Below the pieces are notes generated by a model, which saw nothing but the letters and a program-made list of their open reading frames with translations, searched no databases and was not told the DNA's origin. Source: Candidatus Pelagibacterales bacterium (GTDB taxonomy: Bacteria > Pseudomonadota > Alphaproteobacteria > Pelagibacterales > AG-422-B15). From it: a DNA stretch of 39,519 nt. Shown here piece after piece: positions 30,415 through 39,519 of the stretch. Position numbers and translations under genes: made by a program. The DNA lies in contig JAQWTH010000027.1 of NCBI GenBank assembly GCA_029242795.1, forward strand, positions 1 to 39,519, read 5' to 3'. Positions within the stretch are counted from its first letter, which is position 1. The number at the start of each line of letters is the position of its first letter.

Positions 30415-30900
30415 CTATCTATACTCCGCATCTTTTTTTAGATTTTCGGCAATTGCGCTTTCCCACTTATCACCATTATCTAAGAGCTTCTCTTTTGTAT
30501 AATAAAGTTCTTTTCTAGTTTCAGTGGAAAATTCAAAATTAGGTCATTGAACAATTGCATCTACCGGACAAGATTCTTCACATAATCCACAATAAATACA
30601 TTTTACCATATCAATATCATATCTAGTTGTTCTTCTCGTTCCATCATCTCGCGGTTCAGATTCAATAGTTATGGCTTGAGCTGGACAAACTGCCTCACAT
30701 AATTTGCAGCCAATGCATCGTTCTTCACCACTTGGGTATCGCCTCAAAGCATGTTCTCCTCTAAACCTTGGGCTTAATTTTCCTCGTTCATAAGGGTAGT
30801 TTAATGTGGCTTTCTTTTTGAAGAAATATTTCTGTGCTAATATGTAAGCCTTAATAAAGTCGATGAGCAGAAAAGATTTTATAAAATTAATAATTTTCAT
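30415..30900 (-). CDS. nuoI: NADH-quinone oxidoreductase subunit I with an in-frame TGA at 30544-30546
   Basis: Two CxxCxxCxxxCP motifs. After TGA the frame continues [42 protein letters not shown] to TAG 30415-30417, the normal NuoI C-terminus, giving 161 aa. Confidence 0.95.
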
Positions 30901-31913
30901 GAAAATACAGGAGCTAGATTGAAGAAAAATAAAACGCTAGAGGTAACCACAACAGCTAATAATGAAAGAGGCAAAAATACTTTCCAACCAAGTCTCATTA
31001 ATTGATCATATCGATACCGTGGAACAAAGGCTTTGACCATCGATATCATATAAAAAATCACCATCATCTTAACTAAAAACCATATAAAACCAGGTATAAG
31101 GTTGAATGGAGCTACATCAATGGGTGGATACCATCCGCCAAAGAACATGATGGTCATCATTGCGCACATCAGTAAGATATTTATGTACTCACCTAGAAAA
31201 AAAAGGAGAAATGGCATAGCGGAATATTCTGTTTGATAGCCGGCTACAAGCTCGGACTCTGCTTCAGGTAAATCGAATGGCGGTCTGTTTGTTTCCGCAA
31301 GCGCTGAGATAAAAAAAACAACAAACATTGGGAACAAAGGAATAAAGAACCAAATATTTTTTTGAGCATAAACAATTTCTGAGAGGTTTAGAGAACCAAC
31401 GCACATTAATACTGTTACAATTACAAATCCTATAGAAACCTCATATGAAACCATTTGAGCTGCAGATCGTAATGCCCCTAAAAAGGGGTATTTACTATTT
31501 GATGCCCAACCAGCCATCAGGATTCCATAAATTCCTAAAGAGCTCATAGCAAATATATATAAAACTCCAACATTTATATCAGATAAAACAATATTTTCTT
31601 GAATAGGAATAACTGCCCAAGCTGCTATTGCTAACGTCGAAGTTAATATTGGTGCAACAAAATAAATAGTTTTATCAGCTCCATCTGGAATAATGATTTC
31701 TTTAAACAAAAATTTTAATCCATCGGCTGGTATTTGAAATAAACCAAAAGGTCCAACTACATTTGGTCCTTTTCTTTTTTGAACAGCTGCCCATATTTTT
31801 CTATCCGCAAATAAAACGATGACTACACCTAAAAGCAATGGAACAAAAATAAGAAGACAGAGACCAACAATAAAAAATAAATGAAAAAGGTTCTCAGAAA
31901 TTAGAGCTATCAT
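30897..31913 (-). CDS. nuoH: NADH-quinone oxidoreductase subunit H
   Basis: [62 protein letters not shown]. Confidence 0.98.
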   Translation of the reverse strand: MIALISENLFHLFFIVGLCLLIFVPLLLGVVIVLFADRKIWAAVQKRKGPNVVGPFGLFQIPADGLKFLFKEIIIPDGADKTIYFVAPILTSTLAIAAWAVIPIQENIVLSDINVGVLYIFAMSSLGIYGILMAGWASNSKYPFLGALRSAAQMVSYEVSIGFVIVTVLMCVGSLNLSEIVYAQKNIWFFIPLFPMFVVFFISALAETNRPPFDLPEAESELVAGYQTEYSAMPFLLFFLGEYINILLMCAMMTIMFFGGWYPPIDVAPFNLIPGFIWFLVKMMVIFYMISMVKAFVPRYRYDQLMRLGWKVFLPLSLLAVVVTSSVLFFFNLAPVFS

Positions 31914-33967
31914 ATAGCTTTTCCATTTCTTAACTCTTTACGGATTTGACTACATTCAGCCATAGTCTTCGATAATCTTGATATTGAGTCAGTTAAGTAA
32001 AAATCTTTAATCATTGATCCAATTTCTTTATTATCAAATGAAATTTTTGATGCTTTATTTGCAAGCAATCTTTTGTAAGGCCTATCAGCAGATACTTGAT
32101 TAAATAAATCTGGATATTGATTTTTAATTTTTTTACGAACATCGTCCAATGTCACAAAACCCCAATTCAAATTAAGCATTTCACTAATTTGATTAATAAT
32201 TTTCCAATCAGTTTTTGCCTCACTTGGTGGAAAACTTGCCTGATAGGCATATTGAAGTCTGCCTTCAGTATTAATATAAATCGCGTCTTTTTCAGTGTAA
32301 GCTGCAGAAGGAAGAATTAAGTCTGAATTACTTGCGCCTCTATCGCCATGTGAGCCCATGTAAATAATTTTTGTGTTTTGAAATTTACTATAATCAATCT
32401 CATCCGCTCCAAATGAAAATAAAAGTTTTAAAGACCCATTCTCTGCATCTGCATATATATCTTTTAGTGATCTGCTGGATTGATAACAGCCCATATCTAA
32501 CGCACCGATTCTTGACGCTGATAATTGAAGAGTATTAACACCGTTCCATGAAGAGTCTAAGAAAGAATATTGATGAACAATATCTTCTATTAGCGAATAA
32601 GCATTAAGACTATCATCACGACTCAATACTGATTGACCAATAATAATCATTGGCTTTTTTGCTTTGTCTAGAATCTTACAAAAATTATTTTCACCATCAG
32701 AAATAGATTTTAAGATATTCAGGTCATTTCCTAAATGTTCATAATCAAAAGTAAGATCAAATTTTTCACCAATCAATCCAATAGGAATATTTTTATTCAA
32801 TAAGTGCTTTCGTATTCGAGTATTTATTATAGGAGCTTCTTCTCTGACATTGCTACCAATTATTAATATGCAGTCGCTTTCCTCAATTCCATTAATTGTT
32901 GAATTAAATAGATATTGGGAACGATCTGAATATGGAAGTCTCACCCCTTCTTGCCTACATTCAATTTTTTTAATATTTAATGATTCTGATAGTTGTTTAA
33001 TTAAATATGATGTTTCAAGATCAATGAAATCTCCCACAAGAAAAGCAATTTCATCAGGTTTGTGATTTTTCATAAATGACAAACACTCATTTAACGCATC
33101 ATTCCAATCAGTGGCGTTCAGATTTCCATCATGTCTTACGTAAGGGGTATCTAGTCTCTGATTCAATAAACCATCACAAGCATATCTGGATTTATCAGAG
33201 ATCCATTCTTCATTAATATCTTCATTCAAACGTGGAAGTATTCGCTTAACTTTCCATCCATAAGTATCAACTCTTATATTTGAGCCCACTGCATCCATGA
33301 CATCGATTGTTTCAGTTTTTTTTAGTTCCCATGGTCTTGCTTCAAATTGATAAGGTTTTGATGTTAGTGCTCCCACTGGACAGAGATCAATCACGTTTGC
33401 TGACATTTCAGAGTCAATCGACTTTTCGAGATAGGTGGTAATTTCCATATTTTCACCACGATTTACTGCTCCTATTTCTTCAACTCCAGCAACTTCCTCT
33501 GAAAACCGAATACATCTGGTACAATGAATGCACCGTGTCATATATGTTTTGATCAAAGGACCCATATATTTTTCTTCGACTGAACGTTTATTTAAATCAA
33601 ATCTTGATTTACCAGAGCCATAGGCAACAGTTTGGTCTTGTAGATCACACTCTCCACCTTGATCACATACAGGGCAATCCAAAGGGTGATTGATTAACAA
33701 AAATTCCATCACACCCTCTCTAGCTTTTTTAACTTTTTGTGTATTGGTATGAATTGACATCCCCTCATTTACCGGCATAGCACAAGACGCTACAGGCTTG
33801 GGTGATCCTTCTACATCAACTAGGCACATTCGACAATTTCCCGCTATAGACAAACGATCATGGTAACAGAATCTAGGTATTTCTCTCCCAGCTTCCTCAC
33901 ACGCTTGAAGTATCGTCATGTCATCACGAACTTCAATTTCTGTTCCATCAACTTTTATTTTTGCCAT
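31910..33967 (-). CDS. nuoG: NADH-quinone oxidoreductase subunit G
   Basis: PRFCYH....[41 protein letters not shown]. Confidence 0.98.
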   Translation of the reverse strand: MAKIKVDGTEIEVRDDMTILQACEEAGREIPRFCYHDRLSIAGNCRMCLVDVEGSPKPVASCAMPVNEGMSIHTNTQKVKKAREGVMEFLLINHPLDCPVCDQGGECDLQDQTVAYGSGKSRFDLNKRSVEEKYMGPLIKTYMTRCIHCTRCIRFSEEVAGVEEIGAVNRGENMEITTYLEKSIDSEMSANVIDLCPVGALTSKPYQFEARPWELKKTETIDVMDAVGSNIRVDTYGWKVKRILPRLNEDINEEWISDKSRYACDGLLNQRLDTPYVRHDGNLNATDWNDALNECLSFMKNHKPDEIAFLVGDFIDLETSYLIKQLSESLNIKKIECRQEGVRLPYSDRSQYLFNSTINGIEESDCILIIGSNVREEAPIINTRIRKHLLNKNIPIGLIGEKFDLTFDYEHLGNDLNILKSISDGENNFCKILDKAKKPMIIIGQSVLSRDDSLNAYSLIEDIVHQYSFLDSSWNGVNTLQLSASRIGALDMGCYQSSRSLKDIYADAENGSLKLLFSFGADEIDYSKFQNTKIIYMGSHGDRGASNSDLILPSAAYTEKDAIYINTEGRLQYAYQASFPPSEAKTDWKIINQISEMLNLNWGFVTLDDVRKKIKNQYPDLFNQVSADRPYKRLLANKASKISFDNKEIGSMIKDFYLTDSISRLSKTMAECSQIRKELRNGKAI

Positions 33968-35238
33968 TATGCTGCTCTAATTTTTTTTATTAACTGCTCT
34001 TCTATTTCATCTCTAAAATGTCGAAATAAACCTTGAATTGGCCATGCTGCAGCATCACCTAGAGCACAAATCGTGTGACCTTCAACTTGCTTTGTAACAT
34101 CTAGTAATCGATCAATTTCACCAGGGCTGGCTTCACCAGCTGCAATTTTTTCCATCATCCTCCACATCCATCCAGTGCCCTCTCTGCATGGAGTACATTG
34201 ACCACAGCTTTCATGCTTATAAAATCTAGATATTCGAGCTATTGCTTTTACAAGATCTGTTGATTGATCCATAACAATGACAGCTGCTGTTCCTAAGCCA
34301 CTCTTAACAGAAGATAGCGAGTCAAAATCCATCGAAACATTGTCACAAACTGACTTTGGTATCATTGGAACAGATGATCCACCTGGAATAATAGCTTTTA
34401 AATTGTTCCAACCACCTCTCACACCCCCCGCATGTTTTTCTATAAGTTCTTTTAAAGGTATGCCCATTTCTTCTTCAATATTACACGGAGTATTTACATG
34501 TCCTGATATACAGAAGACTTTCGTACCGGTATTTTTAGTTTTTCCAAGAGAACTAAACCAAGACCCGCCTCTGCGTAATATTGTTGGTACAACGGCTATC
34601 GTTTCAACATTGTTAACTGTTGTCGGTGACCCATATAAGCCTTTATTAGCTGGGAAAGGAGGCTTAAGTCTTGGTTGGCCTTTTTTCCCTTCAAGACTTT
34701 CAAGAAGAGCAGTTTCTTCTCCACAAATATACGCTCCAGCTCCCCTATGAAGATAAATATTAAAATTCCATCCTGAGTTGCATGCGTTCTTTCCAATAAG
34801 ACCAGCTTCATATGCTTCATCAATTGCTTTTTGTAAGACAACACTCTCATTAAAATATTCGCCTCGAATATAAATATAACAATCGTGTGCATTCATTGCA
34901 AAACCAGCCAGTAGACATCCTTCAAGCAGTTTATGAGGTTCGTTTCTAATCATATCTCTATCTTTACAGGTACCAGGTTCTGACTCATCAGCATTCACAA
35001 CTAAATAATTATTTTTGTTTGCGTCCTTTGGCATGAAAGACCATTTTAAACCCGTGGGGAAACCTGCACCACCTCGTCCACGTAGCTCAGATTTTTTTAC
35101 TTCGTCTATTATCCAATCTGATCCTTTTTTAATAAAGTCAATCGTTTGATCCCAATCACCTCGAGACTGAGCTTCTCTAAGAGAATAGGTTTGATCCCCA
35201 TACAAATTAGTAAAAATTTTATCTTTAGCTTTTAACAT
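33967..35238 (-). CDS. nuoF: NADH-quinone oxidoreductase subunit F
   Basis: [52 protein letters not shown]. Confidence 0.98.
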   Translation of the reverse strand: MLKAKDKIFTNLYGDQTYSLREAQSRGDWDQTIDFIKKGSDWIIDEVKKSELRGRGGAGFPTGLKWSFMPKDANKNNYLVVNADESEPGTCKDRDMIRNEPHKLLEGCLLAGFAMNAHDCYIYIRGEYFNESVVLQKAIDEAYEAGLIGKNACNSGWNFNIYLHRGAGAYICGEETALLESLEGKKGQPRLKPPFPANKGLYGSPTTVNNVETIAVVPTILRRGGSWFSSLGKTKNTGTKVFCISGHVNTPCNIEEEMGIPLKELIEKHAGGVRGGWNNLKAIIPGGSSVPMIPKSVCDNVSMDFDSLSSVKSGLGTAAVIVMDQSTDLVKAIARISRFYKHESCGQCTPCREGTGWMWRMMEKIAAGEASPGEIDRLLDVTKQVEGHTICALGDAAAWPIQGLFRHFRDEIEEQLIKKIRAA

Positions 35239-35785
35239 ATTCCTCCGCTCTTGATCCTTTGCGGCCTATTTGAGATCCTATAGGAGATAGATTTCCATCA
35301 ATAAATGACTGCAATACATTTTTTGTGTTTTCATAGTTTAAGTCTTCGTAAAAATCATCGTTGATTTGAACTAAGGGTGCATTAACACATGCTCCCAAAC
35401 ACTCCACTTCCATCCATGAAAATAATCCATCATTAGATAATTCATTTTGTTTTTCAGAAATAATTTCTTTACATGCTTTTACCACTTCATCGGAACCTTT
35501 TAACCAACAAGGTGTAGTAGTGCATACTTGAACAAAGTATTTTCCAACTGGCGTTGTATAATACATTGAATAGAATGTAACTATTTCATAAACTTTTATG
35601 TAAGGCATCTCAAGATGTGAAGCTACATGCTCAATTGCTGACTTGCTAAGCCAGCCACCATTTTGTCTTTGAGCAATATCTAGCAAAGACATCACAGAAC
35701 TTTGTTTTCGGTCTTCAGGATATTTACTGAGTTCAAACTTTACTTTATCTAAACTTTCAGCATTAAATGAAAATGTTTCAGTCAT
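35225..35785 (-). CDS. nuoE: NADH-quinone oxidoreductase subunit E
   Basis: [22 protein letters not shown]. Confidence 0.97.
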   Translation of the reverse strand: MTETFSFNAESLDKVKFELSKYPEDRKQSSVMSLLDIAQRQNGGWLSKSAIEHVASHLEMPYIKVYEIVTFYSMYYTTPVGKYFVQVCTTTPCWLKGSDEVVKACKEIISEKQNELSNDGLFSWMEVECLGACVNAPLVQINDDFYEDLNYENTKNVLQSFIDGNLSPIGSQIGRKGSRAEEYVKS

Positions 35786-36958
35786 CTATCTATCAACTTC
35801 CCCAAACACAATTGCTAGAGATCCTAGTATCGCAGGAACATCTGCTAGTAAATGTCCTTTTGATAATAGATTGAACGCTTGTAAATGAGCAAATCCAGGA
35901 GCTCTAATTTTGCATCGATAAGGCCTACTTGTATTATCTGAAATTAAATATACCCCAAACTCTCCCTTTGGAGCCTCTACAGCTGTATAAATTTCACCTT
36001 CAGGAACATGAAAGCCTTCAGTAAAAAATTTAAAGTGATGAATAATGGCTTCCATTGACTCTTTCATCTCAGCCCGTTTTGGGGGAGCTATTTTAGTATC
36101 CCTATTAATGACTTCTCCACTCGGCATGTTATTAATGCACTGTGTCATAATCTTTACGCTCTCTCTCATCTCATCCATTTGACATAAATAGCGATCATAA
36201 CAATCACCATTTTTTCCAATTGGAACTTTAAAATCAAAGTCTTCATAAGAATCATAAGGTTGAGATCGTCTTAAATCCCATGGCACTCCAGATGCCCTTA
36301 GCACAAAACCACTAAAACCGTTATCTACAGCTTCTTCTTTTGAGATTTTGCCAATATCAACATTACGCTGCTTGAATATTCTATTTTCAGTAAGCAGTGT
36401 TTCCATATCATCAACAACTTTAGGAAATGATATACAGAAATCATTTATCTTTTCTAGAAGTCCATCTGGTAAGTCTTGATGAACACCTCCAGCTCTAAAA
36501 TAATTTGCATGAAAACGAGAACCAGAGACTTCTTCATAAAAGTCTAGAAGCTTTTCTCTTTCATCAAATCCCCAGGTGATAGGTGTCATTGCGCCAACGT
36601 CCATAGCTGTTGTCGTTACATTTAATAAATGACTTAAAAGACGCCCAATCTCAGAAAAAAGAACTCTAATATACTGCCCTCTTTTGGGAACATCTACCTT
36701 CATTAACTTTTCAATTGCTAGAGCAAATGCATGCTCTTGGTTCATTGGCGCTACATAATCAAGTCGATCAAAATATGGGATAGCTTGTAAATAAGTTTTA
36801 GTTTCAATTAGCTTTTCAGTGCCACGATGTAAAAGACCGATATGAGGATCAGCTCTTTCAACAACTTCTCCATCGAGGTCTAAAATTAATCTTAGAACTC
36901 CGTGAGCAGCTGGGTGAACAGGGCCAAAATTTACAGTTACTGTTTTACTTTCCGCCAT
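35786..36958 (-). CDS. nuoD: NADH-quinone oxidoreductase subunit D (start re-called to ATG 36958, 390 aa)
   Basis: [15 protein letters not shown], [27 protein letters not shown]. The ORF-track extension overlaps nuoC in another frame. Confidence 0.98.
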   Translation of the reverse strand: MAESKTVTVNFGPVHPAAHGVLRLILDLDGEVVERADPHIGLLHRGTEKLIETKTYLQAIPYFDRLDYVAPMNQEHAFALAIEKLMKVDVPKRGQYIRVLFSEIGRLLSHLLNVTTTAMDVGAMTPITWGFDEREKLLDFYEEVSGSRFHANYFRAGGVHQDLPDGLLEKINDFCISFPKVVDDMETLLTENRIFKQRNVDIGKISKEEAVDNGFSGFVLRASGVPWDLRRSQPYDSYEDFDFKVPIGKNGDCYDRYLCQMDEMRESVKIMTQCINNMPSGEVINRDTKIAPPKRAEMKESMEAIIHHFKFFTEGFHVPEGEIYTAVEAPKGEFGVYLISDNTSRPYRCKIRAPGFAHLQAFNLLSKGHLLADVPAILGSLAIVFGEVDR

Positions 36959-37544
36959 TGCCGTCCTGCTCTTCTTCTTTATACGTAGTTCCTTCCCAAG
37001 GGCTTTGAATATCAAAATGACGATAGTCTTGTTGTAGCTTGACAGGCTCATATACAATCTTCTTTTCAATTTCATTGTATCGAACCTCAACATTGCCACT
37101 TAAAGGGAAATCTTTTCTTAATGGATAACCTTCAAAACCATAGTCGGTTAGAATTCTCCTCAGATCTGGATGATCATTGAATTGGATTCCGTACATATCA
37201 AATGCTTCTCTTTCAAACCAATTTGCACATGGGAATACAGACGTAAGACTATCTATTGCTGAACTTTCATCAATATAAACCTTAACTCGAGCTCTTAGAT
37301 TATTTTTAAAACTTAATAAATGGTATACAACTTCAAATCTATTTTCTCTATCAGGATAATCGACGCCAGCAATATCTGTTAACTGTCGAAATTGACACTT
37401 TGAGCTATCTTTTAAAAACTGAAAGCTTGAAATTATCTGTCTTGACTCAATAATAACTTCAATTTGATTATTAATAACTTTAACATCAATAGGATTTATT
37501 TTCTCACTTATAGTCTGAACGACTAAATCAATAGGACTGCTCAT
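36945..37544 (-). CDS. nuoC: NADH-quinone oxidoreductase subunit C
   Basis: [52 protein letters not shown]. Confidence 0.98.
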   Translation of the reverse strand: MSSPIDLVVQTISEKINPIDVKVINNQIEVIIESRQIISSFQFLKDSSKCQFRQLTDIAGVDYPDRENRFEVVYHLLSFKNNLRARVKVYIDESSAIDSLTSVFPCANWFEREAFDMYGIQFNDHPDLRRILTDYGFEGYPLRKDFPLSGNVEVRYNEIEKKIVYEPVKLQQDYRHFDIQSPWEGTTYKEEEQDGNGGK

Positions 37545-37548
37545 AAAT

Positions 37549-38070
37549 TTATCTAACTATGTTGCCTTCTCTACGTATTTTCTTTTGAAGTTGCAATATT
37601 CCATACATTAATGCCTCAGCTGTTGGTGGACATCCTGGAACATAAATATCAATTGGGACTATGCGGTCACTTCCCCTTACAACTGAATATGAATAGTGGT
37701 AATACCCTCCACCATTAGCACAGCTTCCCATTGAAATGACATATCGAGGTTCTGCCATTTGATCATAAGCTTTTCTTAGTGCAGGAGCCATCTTGTTAGT
37801 TAATGTTCCTGCAATAATCATTACATCAGCATGCCTAGGTGAGGCGCGTGGCGCAGCACCCATTCGCTCAACATCATATCTAGGTGTTCCAACATGCATC
37901 ATTTCAACAGCACAACAAGCAAGCCCAAAGGTCATCCAATGTAAAGAGCCTGTTCTCGCCCAATTAATTAAATTGTTTACATTTGTAACAATAAACCCTT
38001 TATCCGAGTAGCGTTGCTTGAGATCTTCTAATTCTTGAGAACCCATATCTGGTGTCGCAGCTATTGCCAT
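37549..38070 (-). CDS. nuoB: NADH-quinone oxidoreductase subunit B (start re-called to ATG 38070)
   Basis: [31 protein letters not shown]; the ATG overlaps the end of nuoA. Confidence 0.97.
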   Translation of the reverse strand: MAIAATPDMGSQELEDLKQRYSDKGFIVTNVNNLINWARTGSLHWMTFGLACCAVEMMHVGTPRYDVERMGAAPRASPRHADVMIIAGTLTNKMAPALRKAYDQMAEPRYVISMGSCANGGGYYHYSYSVVRGSDRIVPIDIYVPGCPPTAEALMYGILQLQKKIRREGNIVR

Positions 38071-38426
38071 TCTAGCGCACCTTTCTTCCATTCGTATATA
38101 AAACCAATGGTTAAAACACCCAAGAAAAACATCATTGAAAAGAATCCAAGTAAACCAAGGTTTCCAAAGGTAATTGCCCAAGGAAACAAGAAAGTAACCT
38201 CAAGATCAAAAATAATAAAAAGCAATGTAACAAGATAAAATCGAATATCAAATTTCATCCTTGAATCACCAAATTGAGGAAAACCGCTCTCAAACGCATC
38301 ACTTTTTTCAGGATCAGGATTCCTTCTAGCAACAAGAAAATTTGCTAATATAAAAAGGCAGCTTATAACCAATGCAACAATTATAAAAATTGCTAATGGA
38401 AGATACTCATCTAATATAAAGTTCAT
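38061..38426 (-). CDS. nuoA: NADH-quinone oxidoreductase subunit A
   Basis: Three TM segments, EK...[35 protein letters not shown]. Confidence 0.97.
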   Translation of the reverse strand: MNFILDEYLPLAIFIIVALVISCLFILANFLVARRNPDPEKSDAFESGFPQFGDSRMKFDIRFYLVTLLFIIFDLEVTFLFPWAITFGNLGLLGFFSMMFFLGVLTIGFIYEWKKGALEWQ

Positions 38427-38540
38427 AATCCTAAAGAGCTTTTAAACAATATATACACTTAAAAAAGTAAAAAAAAACAACGATATGCCTATTCAGTTAC
38501 GATTATTTGTGTATCATTTCATTGAAGAAATAAGTCGAAT

Positions 38541-38608
38541 TTATTGAATTAACTGTGACAAATTATCTTAGCTAAAATCTAAAATTAATGTTTAAATTCA
38601 ATAAGTTA
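38541..38608. repeat. 10-bp perfect inverted repeat with IHF-site-like arms in the divergent nuoA / lactonase spacer
   Basis: TTATTGAATT (38541-38550) and AATTCAATAA (38595-38604). ATTCAATAAGTTA (38596-38608) is one mismatch from the IHF consensus WATCAANNNNTTR. Confidence 0.45.
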
Positions 38609-38630
38609 TTTAATATACCGGAGGTACTAC

Positions 38631-39519
38631 ATGAGTCATGACCTTAAACTTCTAGTTGATAATCTCAATTTTGCTGAGGGCCCAAGATGGCACAATAATA
38701 AGTTTTGGTTCTCAGATTTTTACCAAAAAGCTGTTTTCTTTGTGGATGAGTCGGGAAACCTGGAAAAAGTCGTGGATGTCCCCAACCAGCCCTCTGGATT
38801 AGGGTGGCTGCCAAATGATGATTTACTCATAGTTTCAATGCATGACCAAAAATTAATGAGGCTTAGCAATGGACAATTAACAGTCCATTCTGATTTATCT
38901 CATCTCACTCCTTATACATGTAACGACATGGTTGTAGATAAAGACGGTCATGCTTACATCGGTAATTTTGGAACAACTCAACATAATGTGAATGTTAAGC
39001 CGACATGTTTGATACACGTATCACCTAATGGTGATGCAAATATAGTTGCAGATAATCTAGAATTTCCAAATGGCACTGTTATTACTCCTGATGGCAAAAA
39101 GATGATACTTGGTGAGACCTACGCAGGACGATTAACGTCATTTGATATTAATGATGATAAATCACTTTCAAATAGAAAAGTATGGGCCCAAATGATGCCA
39201 TTGCCAGTTTATTATCTTTCAAAAATTCAGAGATTCTTTGGTGTCAGAGCAAAAGAATCGACATACAAAGTACGCGTACCTGATGGAATTTGTTTAGATG
39301 AACAAATGGGCATATGGGTAGCTTCACCAACTTCAACAGAAGTATTTAGAGTTGAAGAAGGTGGAAAAATTACTGACTCGATTCCAACTCCAAATAGATC
39401 ATTTGCTTGCATGTTAGGAGGAGAGGATAAACGAACCTTGTATATTTTAACTGGTCAGGAATCTACGCCTGAAGTTGCAAGTCAAAATAAATTTGGAAAG
39501 ATATATACAACAAAAGTAA
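38631..39519 (+). CDS. SMP-30/gluconolactonase/LRE family six-bladed beta-propeller protein, 3' end outside the window
   Basis: Translated by hand: GGAGG at 38620-38624, ATG at 38631, 296 open codons. Motifs FAEGPRW, WFSD, PSGLGW, CNDMVVD..G..Y.GN, FPNG..ITPDG, PDGICLD..G.IWVA, GGED..TLYI. Absent from the ORF track because it has no stop in the window. Confidence 0.93.
   Translation, partial: MSHDLKLLVDNLNFAEGPRWHNNKFWFSDFYQKAVFFVDESGNLEKVVDVPNQPSGLGWLPNDDLLIVSMHDQKLMRLSNGQLTVHSDLSHLTPYTCNDMVVDKDGHAYIGNFGTTQHNVNVKPTCLIHVSPNGDANIVADNLEFPNGTVITPDGKKMILGETYAGRLTSFDINDDKSLSNRKVWAQMMPLPVYYLSKIQRFFGVRAKESTYKVRVPDGICLDEQMGIWVASPTSTEVFRVEEGGKITDSIPTPNRSFACMLGGEDKRTLYILTGQESTPEVASQNKFGKIYTTKV

Noticed and set aside
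30544-30546. TGA as Gly (genetic code 25), Trp (code 4) or selenocysteine
   Set aside because: TGA correctly terminates fabZ, lpxD, lolD, lolE, nuoM, nuoK, nuoH and nuoG, often coupled to the next start. The position is a Gly, not a Cys, and I found no other in-frame TGA.
36959-37099. N-terminal extensions in the ORF track for nuoD (also nuoB, coaX, rpsB)
   Set aside because: They overlap the upstream gene or leader in another frame and have no family similarity. Downstream ATGs give normal lengths.
38427-38630. tRNA, CRISPR array or riboswitch in the nuoA upstream spacer
   Set aside because: No cloverleaf or T-loop motif, no repeat-spacer pattern and no GC-rich stems.
130-39412. Short antisense and alternate-frame ORFs (e.g. 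130-435, 3982-4218, 13750-14049, 18440-18751, 19971-20171, 22310-22639, 25566-25928, 34277-34750, 34596-34892, 39227-39412)
   Set aside because: All lie within or across well-conserved genes and show no recognisable motifs; they are shadow ORFs.

Overview
Very AT-rich, tightly packed core-genome segment of a streamlined alphaproteobacterium (Pelagibacterales/SAR11- or HIMB59-like; the taxonomy is my inference from gene order and composition). On the + strand are the 3' part of trpC, lexA (with an alphaproteobacterial SOS box) and gltA. A run of 36 co-oriented minus-strand genes follows (2701-38426). In transcription order it is nuoA-N, birA, coaX, rnj, mce, DUF1467-like, proS, lolE/C, lolD, dnaE, rpsB (with a t44-like leader), tsf, pyrH, frr, uppS, cdsA, dxr, bamA, skp, lpxD, fabZ, lpxA, lpxI. 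The window ends in a divergent SMP-30/gluconolactonase gene that runs off the end and is missing from the ORF track. I see no tRNA, rRNA, CRISPR, mobile element or intein, and no clearly new multi-gene system. The notable points are: (1) three normally essential genes are interrupted: lpxI (+1 frameshift in an A13 tract), uppS (+1 frameshift) and nuoI (in-frame TGA at a conserved Gly); sequencing error is the leading explanation but slippage or readthrough is possible; (2) unusual substitutions cluster around the complex I quinone site; (3) lpxB, rseP, gltX and moaC/moeA are absent from their usual syntenic positions; (4) the lactonase carries a long insertion that looks amphipathic.
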